Source: Candidatus Azambacteria bacterium (GTDB taxonomy: Bacteria; Patescibacteriota; Minisyncoccia; UBA10092). Taken from it: a stretch of DNA of 64,000 nucleotides. Where the stretch lies: contig JACRAJ010000001.1 of assembly GCA_016213445.1 (NCBI GenBank), positions 142,203 to 206,202 of the forward strand. Direction: 5' to 3'. Both the position numbers and the translations under genes were made by a program. Under the pieces are notes generated by a model, which saw nothing but the letters and a program-made list of their open reading frames with translations, had not been told where the DNA came from and did no database searches. Below are positions 17,868 to 26,825 of this stretch, in pieces; positions within the stretch are counted from its first letter, which is position 1, and each line of letters opens with the position of its first letter.

Positions 17868-19406
17868 TTAAACATCCTCTCTCGGCCTGTATTGAAGCGC
17901 TTCGGCCAGGTGCCGGGGTTTTATATTTTCGCAATTATCCATGTCGGCGATGGTGCGGGAAATTTTCAGCAGGCGGTGATATGTCCTGGCCGAAAGTCCC
18001 ATCGAGCTGACCGCATTTTTCATCATTTTTTCCGCTGTTTCGTCCAAAGCGCAATATTTTTTGATGTGGCGGACCGACATTTCGCGGTTGGTTAAAATAT
18101 CTTCGTTTTCAAACCGCCTCGCCTGGATTTCTCTTGTTCGGGCCACTCTTTTTCTCACTGTTTCGCTGGTTTCGCCGAAACTTTCTTTGGCCATTTCCTC
18201 GTATTTCAAACGCGGCACCTCAACATGGAGGTCTATTCTATCCAAAAGCGGGCCCGACAGTTTTCTTTTATAACGTATTATCTGGCTTGCGGCGCAAACG
18301 CATTCTTTCATGTCGTCGTTCAAATATCCGCAGGGGCAGGGATTCATCGCCGCGACCATCAAGAATTGGGCGGGGAAAGTTAAACTGCCTTGGGCGCGGG
18401 AAACCGTTACCCGGTTTTCTTCCAGCGGCTGCCTTAAATTTTCCAAAACGTCGCGGGAAAATTCGGGAAATTCATCCAGAAAAAGAACGCCGCGGTGGGC
18501 CAAAGAAATTTCTCCGGGTCTTGGCCACGCGCCGCCGCCAACCAATGACACGCCCGAAGCCGTGTGATGCGGCGCGCGAAACGGACGTTGCGACAAAAAC
18601 AGCCGATCTTCTTTTAAAAGTCCGGCAACGCTCCAGATTCTTGTCACTTCAATCGCCTCTTCAAGACTTAACTTGGGCAAAATCGAAGCCAAAGCTTTTG
18701 CCAAAAGGGTTTTTCCGGAACCCGGCGGACCGGAAAAAATAATATTGTGGTTGCCGCCGGCGGCGATTTCCAAAACTCTTTTCGCTTTTTCCTGCCCGCG
18801 GATCAAAGCCAAATCAACGTCGGGTTTTTCTATGAAGTTTTTTTCAAGTTCTTTGTTCAAATCGGAATTTTTATATGCGGTTAACAATTTTTTGTTTTCA
18901 AGATGTTCCAAAATTTCATTCAAATTGGCGGCGCCGACGATTTCTATGTCGGAAACAAGCGTCGTTTCGGCGATGTTTTCTTTCGGAACGAACAAGGTTT
19001 TGAAACCGCGATTTTTTGCCTCGATTGCGATTGACAGCGCGCCGTTGACGGGCCTCAAGGCGCCGTTTAAAGCCAGTTCGCCGACAAAAAGTTTCTTTTC
19101 CGGATCGAATTTCGTCTGGCCGGAAATAAGCAAATATCCCAGCGCTATCGGCAAATCGTACGCCGGCCCTTCTTTTTTCAAATCGGCCGGCGCCAGATTG
19201 ATGGTGACTCTTTTGTTGCGGCGGCTTGGCGGGGAAGCGCCGGAATTTTTCAACGCCGCGGAAACGCGGTCTTTTGATTCTTTAATGGCGATATCGGGCA
19301 GTCCGACAATGTTGAAACTAAAAAGGCCGGGCGACAAATCGCACTCGACCTCCACAATTTTCGCGTTTATTCCGCACAACGCGGCCGAATAAAGTTTAGA
19401 CGACAT
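17868..19406 (-). CDS. comM: YifB/ComM Mg-chelatase-like AAA+ protein
   Basis: 512 aa. Contains GPPGSGKT, VLFLDEFPEF, and the C-terminal Mg-chelatase ChlI-like region. Confidence 0.9.
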   Translation of the reverse strand: MSSKLYSAALCGINAKIVEVECDLSPGLFSFNIVGLPDIAIKESKDRVSAALKNSGASPPSRRNKRVTINLAPADLKKEGPAYDLPIALGYLLISGQTKFDPEKKLFVGELALNGALRPVNGALSIAIEAKNRGFKTLFVPKENIAETTLVSDIEIVGAANLNEILEHLENKKLLTAYKNSDLNKELEKNFIEKPDVDLALIRGQEKAKRVLEIAAGGNHNIIFSGPPGSGKTLLAKALASILPKLSLEEAIEVTRIWSVAGLLKEDRLFLSQRPFRAPHHTASGVSLVGGGAWPRPGEISLAHRGVLFLDEFPEFSRDVLENLRQPLEENRVTVSRAQGSLTFPAQFLMVAAMNPCPCGYLNDDMKECVCAASQIIRYKRKLSGPLLDRIDLHVEVPRLKYEEMAKESFGETSETVRKRVARTREIQARRFENEDILTNREMSVRHIKKYCALDETAEKMMKNAVSSMGLSARTYHRLLKISRTIADMDNCENIKPRHLAEALQYRPREDV

Positions 19407-19779
19407 GTTCCATATCGGTTTTTGCGGCGGGATTGGCTTTCAGCCTGTCTTCGGGAATTTCCGCGCCGCAAGTTTCGCAAGTTCCGTATGTTCCTTTTTC
19501 GATTTTTTCCAGAGCGCCATTAACGTCTCTAAGCCGCAATTCCAACCGGTCGGAAAGCGCTTTATTTGTCATATCCTCGTCGGATTCGTTGACGCTTATT
19601 CCCCCTTCCAATTCTTCTTCGCTGGTGATTTCATTTTCTTCCCATTCGGAATGTTTAATATCCCAATCGCCTTTTAAATTCGGATCGGGCGTTGCGATGG
19701 TTTCCAGTTCGCTTATCAAAAGATCGCGTTCTTTTTCCAGCGCGGTTTTTAATTCATTTGTCGTTTTTTGGTCTAACAT
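19396..19779 (-). CDS. DksA/TraR-family C4 zinc-finger protein
   Basis: 127 aa with a coiled-coil N-part followed by GTYGTCETCGAEIPEDRLKANPAAKTDMEH. Confidence 0.8.
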   Translation of the reverse strand: MLDQKTTNELKTALEKERDLLISELETIATPDPNLKGDWDIKHSEWEENEITSEEELEGGISVNESDEDMTNKALSDRLELRLRDVNGALEKIEKGTYGTCETCGAEIPEDRLKANPAAKTDMEHVV

Positions 19780-19799
19780 ATTTTTAGAATATCAAAGTT

Positions 19800-20160
19800 A
19801 AATTTTAAAAGCAATAAAAGCAGCTTTATTCACGGTCAACTTTCCGAATCCCCGAACAAATCAATAGGTGTCGGAAACCTATCGGTTTAAACCGATAGGT
19901 TTAAAGATTTTTAACGGCAAACGAAAAAGGGCCCCGTTGAACCCCTAAAAAATATATTTATATGGGTTGGTGCCCTTTGGACCCGCGTCTGCCTTCGCGG
20001 TAAAAAACGTGAGCCTCGTTTCCATTTTACGGTCGAGACCATAATTAAATTCTTTTAAAAAGAACAAAATCGCGCGATGAGCAGATCATCGCATTCGAGT
20101 ACGAATACTCGAAAATCCTAAAACAGAAACAAGGATCTATATATATTTTCTAATATCTTT
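19800..20160. ncRNA. Candidate structured non-coding RNA, class unassigned
   Basis: A 450-bp gene-free gap between two minus-strand genes. It holds a perfect 28-bp palindrome at 19875-19902 and hairpins at 20074-20092 (GCGATGA/TCATCGC) and 20096-20111 (CGAGTA-CGAA-TACTCG, which is a UUCG loop on the minus strand). A possible minus-strand promoter is at TTGACG around 20171-20176. Confidence 0.25.
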
Positions 20161-20199
20161 AAAACCCCGTCAACGCCAAGTTATCCACAACCCGCAAGG

Positions 20200-20224
20200 A
20201 AAATTATTTATATTGTTTTTAAAA
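20200..20224 (+). repeat. Solo arm of the palindromic element family
   Basis: AAAATTATTTATATTGTTTTTAAA is identical over 24 nt to the right arm of copy 3 (24689-24712). No convincing partner arm was found. Confidence 0.6.
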
Positions 20225-20232
20225 GATAACTG

Positions 20233-21363
20233 CTATTTAACAAAACTGTTTATCGACGCTTCGAGAGATTTTATATAGTCGTAAGATACCGTTTGGCCGG
20301 TTAAATCTTGCAAAATAACAAACATTCCCGCGCTTGAAGTTGTAAAAATAAGATAATCGTTGTAAATGGCGTAATTTAGCGAAGCGAAAGGAACGCCAAC
20401 ATTTAAATATCGCACCGGCTGGCCGATAAAAAGATACGGTTTAAATGTTTGGGAAATTTTCGGCAATGCGGAATCGCTTAAAAATAAAGGAAAAATATCG
20501 TTTGCCAGCGTAGTTTTTTCCCAATCAGCCGTTTGCTTTTGCGCCAACCCCCGATCTTTTGTTTTGAGGATTAAAATCGGCCGCACTCCTTCTTTTTGAG
20601 CGAAATAAGCGAAAGCGAATTCATTTTCGCAGTTTGACAGGAAATCTTTGGGAGCGGATATTTGCATTAAATTCAAAAATTCTTCGGCGGTTATCGATTC
20701 TCCTTTGTATGTTATTTTCAGTTGTTTAACCGAGGCGCGAGGTTCTTCGATTTCAGCTTCGGATTTCAATGTCTGAATCAAGGTTGCCGATGTTTTCGAC
20801 GGCAGGTCGATTGTTATGGATTTGTTGGGCAGTTTGGTAAAAAATTTTATGGGCGCGGTTGTGGTTGCCGTTGGAATTGCCGGCAATGTCGGGGTTATGG
20901 CCGCAGGCGGTGTTATTTGAGGCGCCGCCGCCGGTTTGCTTTGGACAAAAATTTTCCAGTAGCCGTAAAGACCTGAAAGTGCCAAAACAATTATTGCCAA
21001 GCCGATTATTCCGAGTTTTATCCAAACCGGCGCTATTTTATACGCGGGTTTTGGAATTTCGGCTTCTTTCGGTAAAACCGGTTTTGGCGGCACGATTAAA
21101 ACCGGCGGCCGGCCGATTGGCGGAGGAATGGAAGGTTTTTCTACCGGGGCGAAAGGTTTTTCCGCCGGAGGCAGAGGCTGGGGCGCGGGCATTTGCGCTT
21201 GCGGCGCTTTATATTGAGATTCTTGAAAAATAGGTGAAACTGGCGCCGGCGCTTGCGCCGGTTTTACTTCTTCTTTTTTTGGGGCGATTCCGGACAATTT
21301 TTCCAGATCGCTTTTCATTGTTCTTATAACAATGTCTTCCGGTTTTTGCATTGGGTCGGCCAT
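20233..21363 (-). CDS. Membrane-anchored proline-rich hypothetical protein
   Basis: 376 aa. A Pro-rich N-region and one TM (WIKLGIIGLAIIVLALSGLYGYW) are followed by a C-terminal globular domain. Confidence 0.65.
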   Translation of the reverse strand: MADPMQKPEDIVIRTMKSDLEKLSGIAPKKEEVKPAQAPAPVSPIFQESQYKAPQAQMPAPQPLPPAEKPFAPVEKPSIPPPIGRPPVLIVPPKPVLPKEAEIPKPAYKIAPVWIKLGIIGLAIIVLALSGLYGYWKIFVQSKPAAAPQITPPAAITPTLPAIPTATTTAPIKFFTKLPNKSITIDLPSKTSATLIQTLKSEAEIEEPRASVKQLKITYKGESITAEEFLNLMQISAPKDFLSNCENEFAFAYFAQKEGVRPILILKTKDRGLAQKQTADWEKTTLANDIFPLFLSDSALPKISQTFKPYLFIGQPVRYLNVGVPFASLNYAIYNDYLIFTTSSAGMFVILQDLTGQTVSYDYIKSLEASINSFVK

Positions 21364-21439
21364 TGAAATTATTTTAACATAAAAATATCCCCGCTTACAG
21401 CGGGGGTATTTTTATCAACTTATCCACATGATTGCATTT

Positions 21440-23536
21440 TTATTTTTCAACGTCTTTCAGCGATAAACTGATTTTACCGCCTTCGACTCTTTTTATTTTT
21501 ACTTTCACTTCGTCGCCGACATTCACGATGTCGGTAACTTTATTGACGCGATAAGACGCCAGTTCGGAAATATGGATCATTCCGTCTCTATTTCTTCCGA
21601 ATTCCACAATGGCCCCGAAATCAAGAATTTGAACCACTTTGCCGACAACAATATCGCCGACTTTATATTCTTTAACGATACCTTCCACCATTTCTTTGGC
21701 TTTAGCGCCGCTTTCTTCATTTTCGGCGGTTATAAAGACAATCCCCGATTCTTCAATGTCGATTTTAGCGCCGGTTTGGTCGATAATTTCATTTATAACC
21801 TTGCCGCCCGGGCCGATAACTTCTCTTATTTTATCAACCGGGATTTTAACGGTGATAATTCTCGGCGCCAAAGGCGACAACTCCGATTTCGGCGCGCCAA
21901 TGGCTTTTAACATATTTTCCAAAATTTCCAACCGCGCTTTTTTGGCTTGATATAAGACTTCTTTCAAAATTTTCGTGTCAATGCCATTTATTTTAACGTC
22001 CATTTGCATTGCGGTGATGCCGTCTTTGGTGCCGGCCACTTTAAAATCCATATCGCCGTGGTGGTCTTCCGGCCCCTGGATGTCGGTGAGAATTTTATAA
22101 TCTCCTTTTCCGTCGCTCATAAGGCCCATGGCTATGCCGGCCACCGGTTTGGAAATCGGGACCCCGGCGTCCATTAAAGCTAAAACAGAGCCGCAAACCG
22201 ATGCCATCGACGAAGAGCCGTTTGAAGATAAAACCTCGGAAACAACTCTGATGGCATAGGGGAAGTCTTCTTTTGGGGGCACGACAGGCAAAAGCGCTCT
22301 TTCCGCCAAAGCGCCGTGGCCTATTTCTCTTCTTCCCGGAGCGCCCATTCTGCCCGTTTCCCCAACCGAAAACGGCGGGAAATTATACATATGCATAAAA
22401 TGCTTTTTTGTGGAAATAACCATCCCTTCGATAATCAACACATCGGAAGGAGAACCTAAAGTGAGGGCCGATAAAACTTGCGTTTCCCCTCTTTGAAATA
22501 GGCCGCTGCCGTGAGTGCGCGGCAAAACTTCTATTTCCGAAGTCAACGCTCTCAATTCGTCGAGTTTTCTTCCGTCCGGCCGCCTGCCTTTTTCAAGCAC
22601 GTTTTCATGCACCATTTTGTCAATCGCTTCTTCGAAGAAAATCTCCGCTTCCTGTATTTTTTCTTCGCCGAGTTCGGCAAAGAATTCTTTCATTCGGCTT
22701 TTAAGCGTTTCCAAATTGGAAACGCGTTTTGATTTGTCTTTTTCGTAAATCGCGTTTTCCAAAGCGTTGCCGGCGCTTAAAAACTTCATCACTTCGTTTT
22801 TTAATTCCATGTCGGCGGTTTTTACGGTTAGCGCCGCTTTGGCGGTTTTAAAATCGCCGGCGATTTTTTTGTTGAAATTCGCCAAGTCTTTAAACGATTG
22901 TTCGGCGAAATCTATGCCTTTTGCCAATTCATCTTCCCCGATTTCATTTAAGGGGCCGGCTTCAACCATGTTTATTTTCAAATCCGAAGAAACCGAGACC
23001 ACTAAATCGGCCAACCCATTTTCGCGCTCCTCAAAAGACGGATTGACAATCCATTTATCGCCCGTTAGGCCGATTCTCACGGCCGCAACGGGGCCATTCC
23101 AGGGGATATCGGAAATCATCAATGCGATAGAGGCGGCGTTTATCGCCAAAACGTCGGGATCGTTTTTTTCGTCAACCGAAAGAACCGTGGTAATGATTTG
23201 AATTTCATTTCTTATGTTTTGGTCGAAAAGCGGCCTTATGGAGCGGTCGATTAACCGGGCGTTTAAAATCGCTTCTTCCGAAGGGCGGCCTTCGCGCCGC
23301 ATGAACCGCGAGCCCAATATTTTTCCGCGGGCGTAATATTTTTCTTCGTAATCAACGGTTAGAGGAAAAAAATCTCTTCCGCTTTTTCTTTCTCCCGCCA
23401 TAACGGCGGTTGCCAAAACCACTGTTTCGCCCAATTGGGCGAGAACGGCGCCATTGGCTTGGTTGGCCATTTTGCCGATTTCTATTTTCAGCGTTTGGCC
23501 GGCAAGTTCCAATTCATATTTTTTAATTTCAGACAT
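21440..23536 (-). CDS. pnp: Polyribonucleotide nucleotidyltransferase (PNPase)
   Basis: 698 aa with two RNase PH domains, a KH domain and an S1 domain (…GDIVVGKVVQILDFGAIVEF…). Confidence 0.95.
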   Translation of the reverse strand: MSEIKKYELELAGQTLKIEIGKMANQANGAVLAQLGETVVLATAVMAGERKSGRDFFPLTVDYEEKYYARGKILGSRFMRREGRPSEEAILNARLIDRSIRPLFDQNIRNEIQIITTVLSVDEKNDPDVLAINAASIALMISDIPWNGPVAAVRIGLTGDKWIVNPSFEERENGLADLVVSVSSDLKINMVEAGPLNEIGEDELAKGIDFAEQSFKDLANFNKKIAGDFKTAKAALTVKTADMELKNEVMKFLSAGNALENAIYEKDKSKRVSNLETLKSRMKEFFAELGEEKIQEAEIFFEEAIDKMVHENVLEKGRRPDGRKLDELRALTSEIEVLPRTHGSGLFQRGETQVLSALTLGSPSDVLIIEGMVISTKKHFMHMYNFPPFSVGETGRMGAPGRREIGHGALAERALLPVVPPKEDFPYAIRVVSEVLSSNGSSSMASVCGSVLALMDAGVPISKPVAGIAMGLMSDGKGDYKILTDIQGPEDHHGDMDFKVAGTKDGITAMQMDVKINGIDTKILKEVLYQAKKARLEILENMLKAIGAPKSELSPLAPRIITVKIPVDKIREVIGPGGKVINEIIDQTGAKIDIEESGIVFITAENEESGAKAKEMVEGIVKEYKVGDIVVGKVVQILDFGAIVEFGRNRDGMIHISELASYRVNKVTDIVNVGDEVKVKIKRVEGGKISLSLKDVEK

Positions 23537-24110
23537 TGATTTTTATTTTTTTATTAGAGGTTTTTCCGCCGGAAGCAGATCTGCCCTTTGTGGATAATTT
23601 TTTGCTTGGGATGGTAAATTTTTTGGGATCGGCCGACATATCGATAAAATCATCCGCCGCTTCTTTCAATTTTGCCGAAGTGGAGCGGCCGAAAGCGATA
23701 ACCTCAACCTGCCGTCCCCTTCCTCTGATATATTCCACAAGCGGAACGAAATCGCCGTCGCCGGTGCCAAGCACCAAGGCGTCGATTGTTGATTCGCTAA
23801 GCCGAATGGCGTCTATGGCCATTCCGACGTCCCAGTCGCCCTTTTTCACTCCGCCGGGGAAAATTTGAAGGTCTTTCACCTTAGTTTCAATGCCCATTTT
23901 AGTGAGGGCTTCGAAAAAAGCCGCTTCTTCCCCGGTTTCGGTTTTTATAACGTAAGCGAGGGCGCGAATTAATCTGCGGCCCGCTAAAGCCGCTTTTAAA
24001 ATTTCATTGAAATTGACCCGGGCGTTGTATAAATTTTTGGCGGAATGATAAAGATTCTGAACGTCTATTAAAATGGCGACTCGCTGGTCTTTATGCTTTA
24101 TTATGGGCAT
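23529..24110 (-). CDS. NYN/LabA-like PIN-fold domain protein
   Basis: 193 aa. Contains VAILIDVQNLYHSAKNL and ...LGTGDGDFVPLVEYIRGRGRQVEVIAF. Confidence 0.8.
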   Translation of the reverse strand: MPIIKHKDQRVAILIDVQNLYHSAKNLYNARVNFNEILKAALAGRRLIRALAYVIKTETGEEAAFFEALTKMGIETKVKDLQIFPGGVKKGDWDVGMAIDAIRLSESTIDALVLGTGDGDFVPLVEYIRGRGRQVEVIAFGRSTSAKLKEAADDFIDMSADPKKFTIPSKKLSTKGRSASGGKTSNKKIKINV

Positions 24111-24183
24111 GTAAATTTAAAACTCAAAAGTCAAAATTGAAATAAAAAGTTTAAGATTTATAATTTTATTTTTAACTTTTGTC

Positions 24184-24450
24184 TTACTTCTTTAATCCTA
24201 ATTTTTTAATCAAAGCTTTATACCTTTTTTCGTTTTCTTTCGCCAGATAATTCAAAAGGCGCTTTCTTTTTGAAACCATGCCTAAAAGGCCGCGCCGCGA
24301 ATGATTGTCTTTGGGGTGTTTTTTCAAATGTTTGGCAAGCTGATCTATCTCCTCGCTTAAAATGGCAACTTGAACTTCAGTCGACCCTGTGTCGGTTGGA
24401 TGAACCTTGTGCTTTTCGATTACTTTTGATTTTGCTTTAGTTTTTAGCAT
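24184..24450 (-). CDS. rpsO: 30S ribosomal protein S15
   Basis: 88 aa. Contains [49 protein letters not shown]. Confidence 0.95.
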   Translation of the reverse strand: MLKTKAKSKVIEKHKVHPTDTGSTEVQVAILSEEIDQLAKHLKKHPKDNHSRRGLLGMVSKRKRLLNYLAKENEKRYKALIKKLGLKK

Positions 24451-24565
24451 TGTTTAAGCATAATATCACAGGATTTATTTTTCGTAAATAGCGCGTGGTA
24501 AAATATTTTGCGACATTGCGGTTTTTTGGGTATAATTAAGATTATTTAAGTTCAATCCCGTTGTT

Positions 24566-24712
24566 TTTAAAACCAATATAAATAATTTTTCTCGCGCATT
24601 CACCTCGCCAGCGCGAGGCTCATTGTCCGATGAAAGCGTTTTGTCCCCCTGCGGGGGAACCATGCCAAAACGCTTTCATAAGCTTCGTAAAATTATTTAT
24701 ATTGTTTTTAAA
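24566..24712 (+). repeat. Palindromic structured intergenic element, copy 3 (147 bp)
   Basis: Arms at 24566-24589 and 24689-24712 match at 23 of 24 positions. The core has hairpin CCTCGC-CAGC-GCGAGG, stem ATGAAAGCGTTTT/AAAACGCTTTCAT, and an inner hairpin CCCCC-TGC-GGGGG. ACCATGC and AAGCTTCG are conserved. Confidence 0.85.
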
Positions 24713-24737
24713 GAAGGAAAAAAATTATTTTATTCAA

Positions 24738-25667
24738 ATGAATATCAACGATTTATTAAAGGACTATCTTGATTATTTAGAGATAGAAAAAAACCGCTCG
24801 GTGAAGACGCGGGCTAATTACGAGCGTTATTTGAAAAAATTTTTAAGTTTTTCAAAAATTTCCAAACCGGAGCAAATTTCCCAAGACTTGACAAGGCAAT
24901 ACCGTTTGTGGCTTAATAGGCAATTTTCTAGCCAAGGTTCGGATAAAACCATAAAGAAAAACACTCAAAATTATCACTTAATCGCTTTAAGAAGTTTTTT
25001 AAAGTATCTTTCCAGGCGCGACATAAAAGTTTTGCCGGCGGACAAGATTGAATTGGCGAAACAATCGGAGCGGCAGGTTGTTTTTCTGGAAAACAACGAG
25101 CTTGAGCGCCTGTTAAAAGCGCCAAGCGGCGATTCTTTCAAGGATTTGCGCGACAAAGCGATTTTAGAACTTTTGTTTTCAACCGGATTGCGCGTTTCGG
25201 AACTCTGCGGACTTAATCGCGATTCGATAAATTTAACCGCGATAGCCGGCAAATCCGGCGAATTTGCCGTGCGCGGCAAGGGCGACAAAATTCGCCTTGT
25301 TTTTATTTCCGATACCGCCAAAGCAACTTTAAACAAATATCTTGCCAAGCGCAGGGATGTTGACGAGGCGCTATTTACAAGAAACATAAAAAATCCCGCC
25401 AAGTCAGATAATTTACGGCTAACGCCAAGAAGTGTTGAGCGCTTGGTAAAGTATTATGCCGCTAAGGCGGGATTGTCGAAAAAAGTGACTCCGCACGCCT
25501 TGCGCCATAGTTTTGCCACTGATTTGCTTATAAACGGCGCCGATATTCGCTCCGTTCAATCGCTTTTAGGCCACTCAAATATTACGACAACCCAAATTTA
25601 CACTCACATAACAGATAAGCAGCTTCGCGAAGTTCATCAGCAGTTTCACGGGAAACGAAGGAAATAA
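24738..25667 (+). CDS. xerC: Tyrosine site-specific recombinase XerC/XerD family
   Basis: The start is taken at MNINDLLKDYLDYLEIEKN; the track's upstream extension reads through repeat copy 3. The C-terminus is HALRHSFATDLL...LLGHSNITTTQIYTH. Confidence 0.85.
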   Translation: MNINDLLKDYLDYLEIEKNRSVKTRANYERYLKKFLSFSKISKPEQISQDLTRQYRLWLNRQFSSQGSDKTIKKNTQNYHLIALRSFLKYLSRRDIKVLPADKIELAKQSERQVVFLENNELERLLKAPSGDSFKDLRDKAILELLFSTGLRVSELCGLNRDSINLTAIAGKSGEFAVRGKGDKIRLVFISDTAKATLNKYLAKRRDVDEALFTRNIKNPAKSDNLRLTPRSVERLVKYYAAKAGLSKKVTPHALRHSFATDLLINGADIRSVQSLLGHSNITTTQIYTHITDKQLREVHQQFHGKRRK

Positions 25668-25680
25668 ATTGATTATTATG

Positions 25681-25752
25681 TGGGCAGTGTAGGAATCGGA
25701 CCTACAACCTTCTGTGTGTAAAACAGACGTTCTACCATTGAACTAACTGCCC
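25681..25752 (-). tRNA. tRNA-Val (anticodon TAC)
   Basis: A manual cloverleaf fold works. Acceptor GGGCAGT/ACTGCCC, anticodon arm TCTGT-TTTACAC-ACAGA, T arm GTAGG-TCCGATT-CCTAC. Confidence 0.9.
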
Positions 25753-25800
25753 TTGTTTTGGCCTTTTGTCCATTATAACGGCAATAAGATTAAAATGACA

Positions 25801-25977
25801 ATGGCCATGTCCGCATTTGTCCGGGACATGTCCGGACACATTGCGTCCACAATGCGGCCATGGCCGATATGACATGCGGCCACATTGCGGCCATGACTAT
25901 CGGCCACATTGCGTCCATGGACGCATTCGGCCCTATTGGTGGCCGCATTGGCCGCGGCATAATGCCGCGGTTTTTTT
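25801..25977 (+). ncRNA. Candidate small RNA / protein-binding array: GC-rich CCATGG-palindrome and ACATTGCGKCC repeat cluster ending in an intrinsic terminator
   Basis: Repeated ACATTGCG(G/T)CC-like units are present. Perfect palindromes are CGGCCATGGCCG and GCGTCCATGGACGC. The terminator is CCGCGGC-ATAAT-GCCGCGG followed by T7, at 25952-25977. Confidence 0.3.
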
Positions 25978-26069
25978 ATTTGATTTTAATTAATTTAGTC
26001 AAAGCAGTTTAAATAAGTTTTATCAAATTTTCGGCAAAAGAGGATAAGTTGTTGATAAATTTTAATAAG

Positions 26070-26453
26070 TTAAATCAAGTTTACATTTTCGATATGTTTA
26101 ATCCGGGCATTTTTTGCTTCGAAATCCAAATTTATCGCCACAATATCAATTCGCCAATCTTGGTTTTCGGAAATTTTATTCTCGCTTAAATAAGTTGCAA
26201 TTATTCTCGATAATTGGCGCTTCTTGTGTCGCGTTATATTTTCTTCCGGCCGCCACTCGAATTTTGCGTTTTGAGCTTTTACTTCGATGAACGCTATTTC
26301 CCGGATTTTTGAAGCCGCGTCCAAGGCGATTATATCAATTTCGCCCCATGGCTTGCGATAGTTTCTCGTTAAAATTTTATAACCGTGTTTTTTCAAATAT
26401 TTAGCGGCAATGTCTTCTCCCAATTTCCCGATGTTTTGTTTTTCCGTTGTCAC
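26070..26453 (-). CDS. yraN: YraN-family (UPF0102) endonuclease-like protein
   Basis: 127 aa with a GTG start. Contains GEDIAAKYLKKHGYKILTRNYRKPWGEIDIIA. Confidence 0.85.
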   Translation of the reverse strand: MTTEKQNIGKLGEDIAAKYLKKHGYKILTRNYRKPWGEIDIIALDAASKIREIAFIEVKAQNAKFEWRPEENITRHKKRQLSRIIATYLSENKISENQDWRIDIVAINLDFEAKNARIKHIENVNLI

Positions 26454-26476
26454 GGTTTTATGTGGAACGTTAATTG

Positions 26477-26548
26477 TGTCCCCATGAGGAGTCGGACCTC
26501 AATCTACTCCTTAGAAGGGAGTCGTTCTATCCGTTGAACTATGGGGAC
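26477..26548 (-). tRNA. tRNA-Arg (anticodon TCT)
   Basis: Acceptor GTCCCCA/TGGGGAC, anticodon arm ACTCC-CTTCTAA-GGAGT, T arm TGAGG-TCCGACT-CCTCA. Confidence 0.9.
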
Positions 26549-26657
26549 ATTTTAAAACTATTGCGTGAAATTATCGCAATTAATTTTAAAATACCATAAA
26601 ATAAGTTGAAATTCAACCGATTTTCGGATATGATTTATAAGTATTAAGGCGGGTAAA

Positions 26658-26731
26658 CGGGGAGTCGTATAGTGGTAGTACGTATGCTTTGGGAGCATAT
26701 AGCCCGAGTTCGATTCTCGGCTCCCCGACCA
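26658..26731 (+). tRNA. tRNA-Pro (anticodon TGG), CCA encoded
   Basis: Acceptor CGGGGAG/CTCCCCG, anticodon arm TATGC-TTTGGGA-GCATA, T arm CCGAG-TTCGATT-CTCGG, 3' end ACCA. Confidence 0.9.
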
Positions 26732-26825
26732 AATGCAACTTTGTAAATTTTTTGAATAGGCCTTGAATTATTGGGTTTGCGGATTTTGTTTTCCGATAAA
26801 TTAAAATTTTGGAAGAAAAAATAAC

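Noticed and set aside
18134-19392. 202-aa and 239-aa plus-strand ORFs
   Set aside because: Both are antisense to the clearly conserved comM/yifB gene, with no independent support.
19800-20160. Assignment of the structured intergenic region to RNase P RNA, tmRNA, SRP RNA or 6S RNA
   Set aside because: I could not find the following: the RNase P CR-I/CR-V pair (GAGGAAAGUCCGGGC and ACAGAAnnCGGCUUA) in a consistent order, a tmRNA acceptor/T-arm ending in CCA with a credible tag ORF, or the SRP domain IV motif. Partial resemblances (GGTCTCGACC, ACAGAAACAAGG) were not mutually consistent.
25801-25977. CRISPR array
   Set aside because: The repeat units are only about 11-14 nt, degenerate, and directly abutting without unique spacers. 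No cas genes are present in the window.
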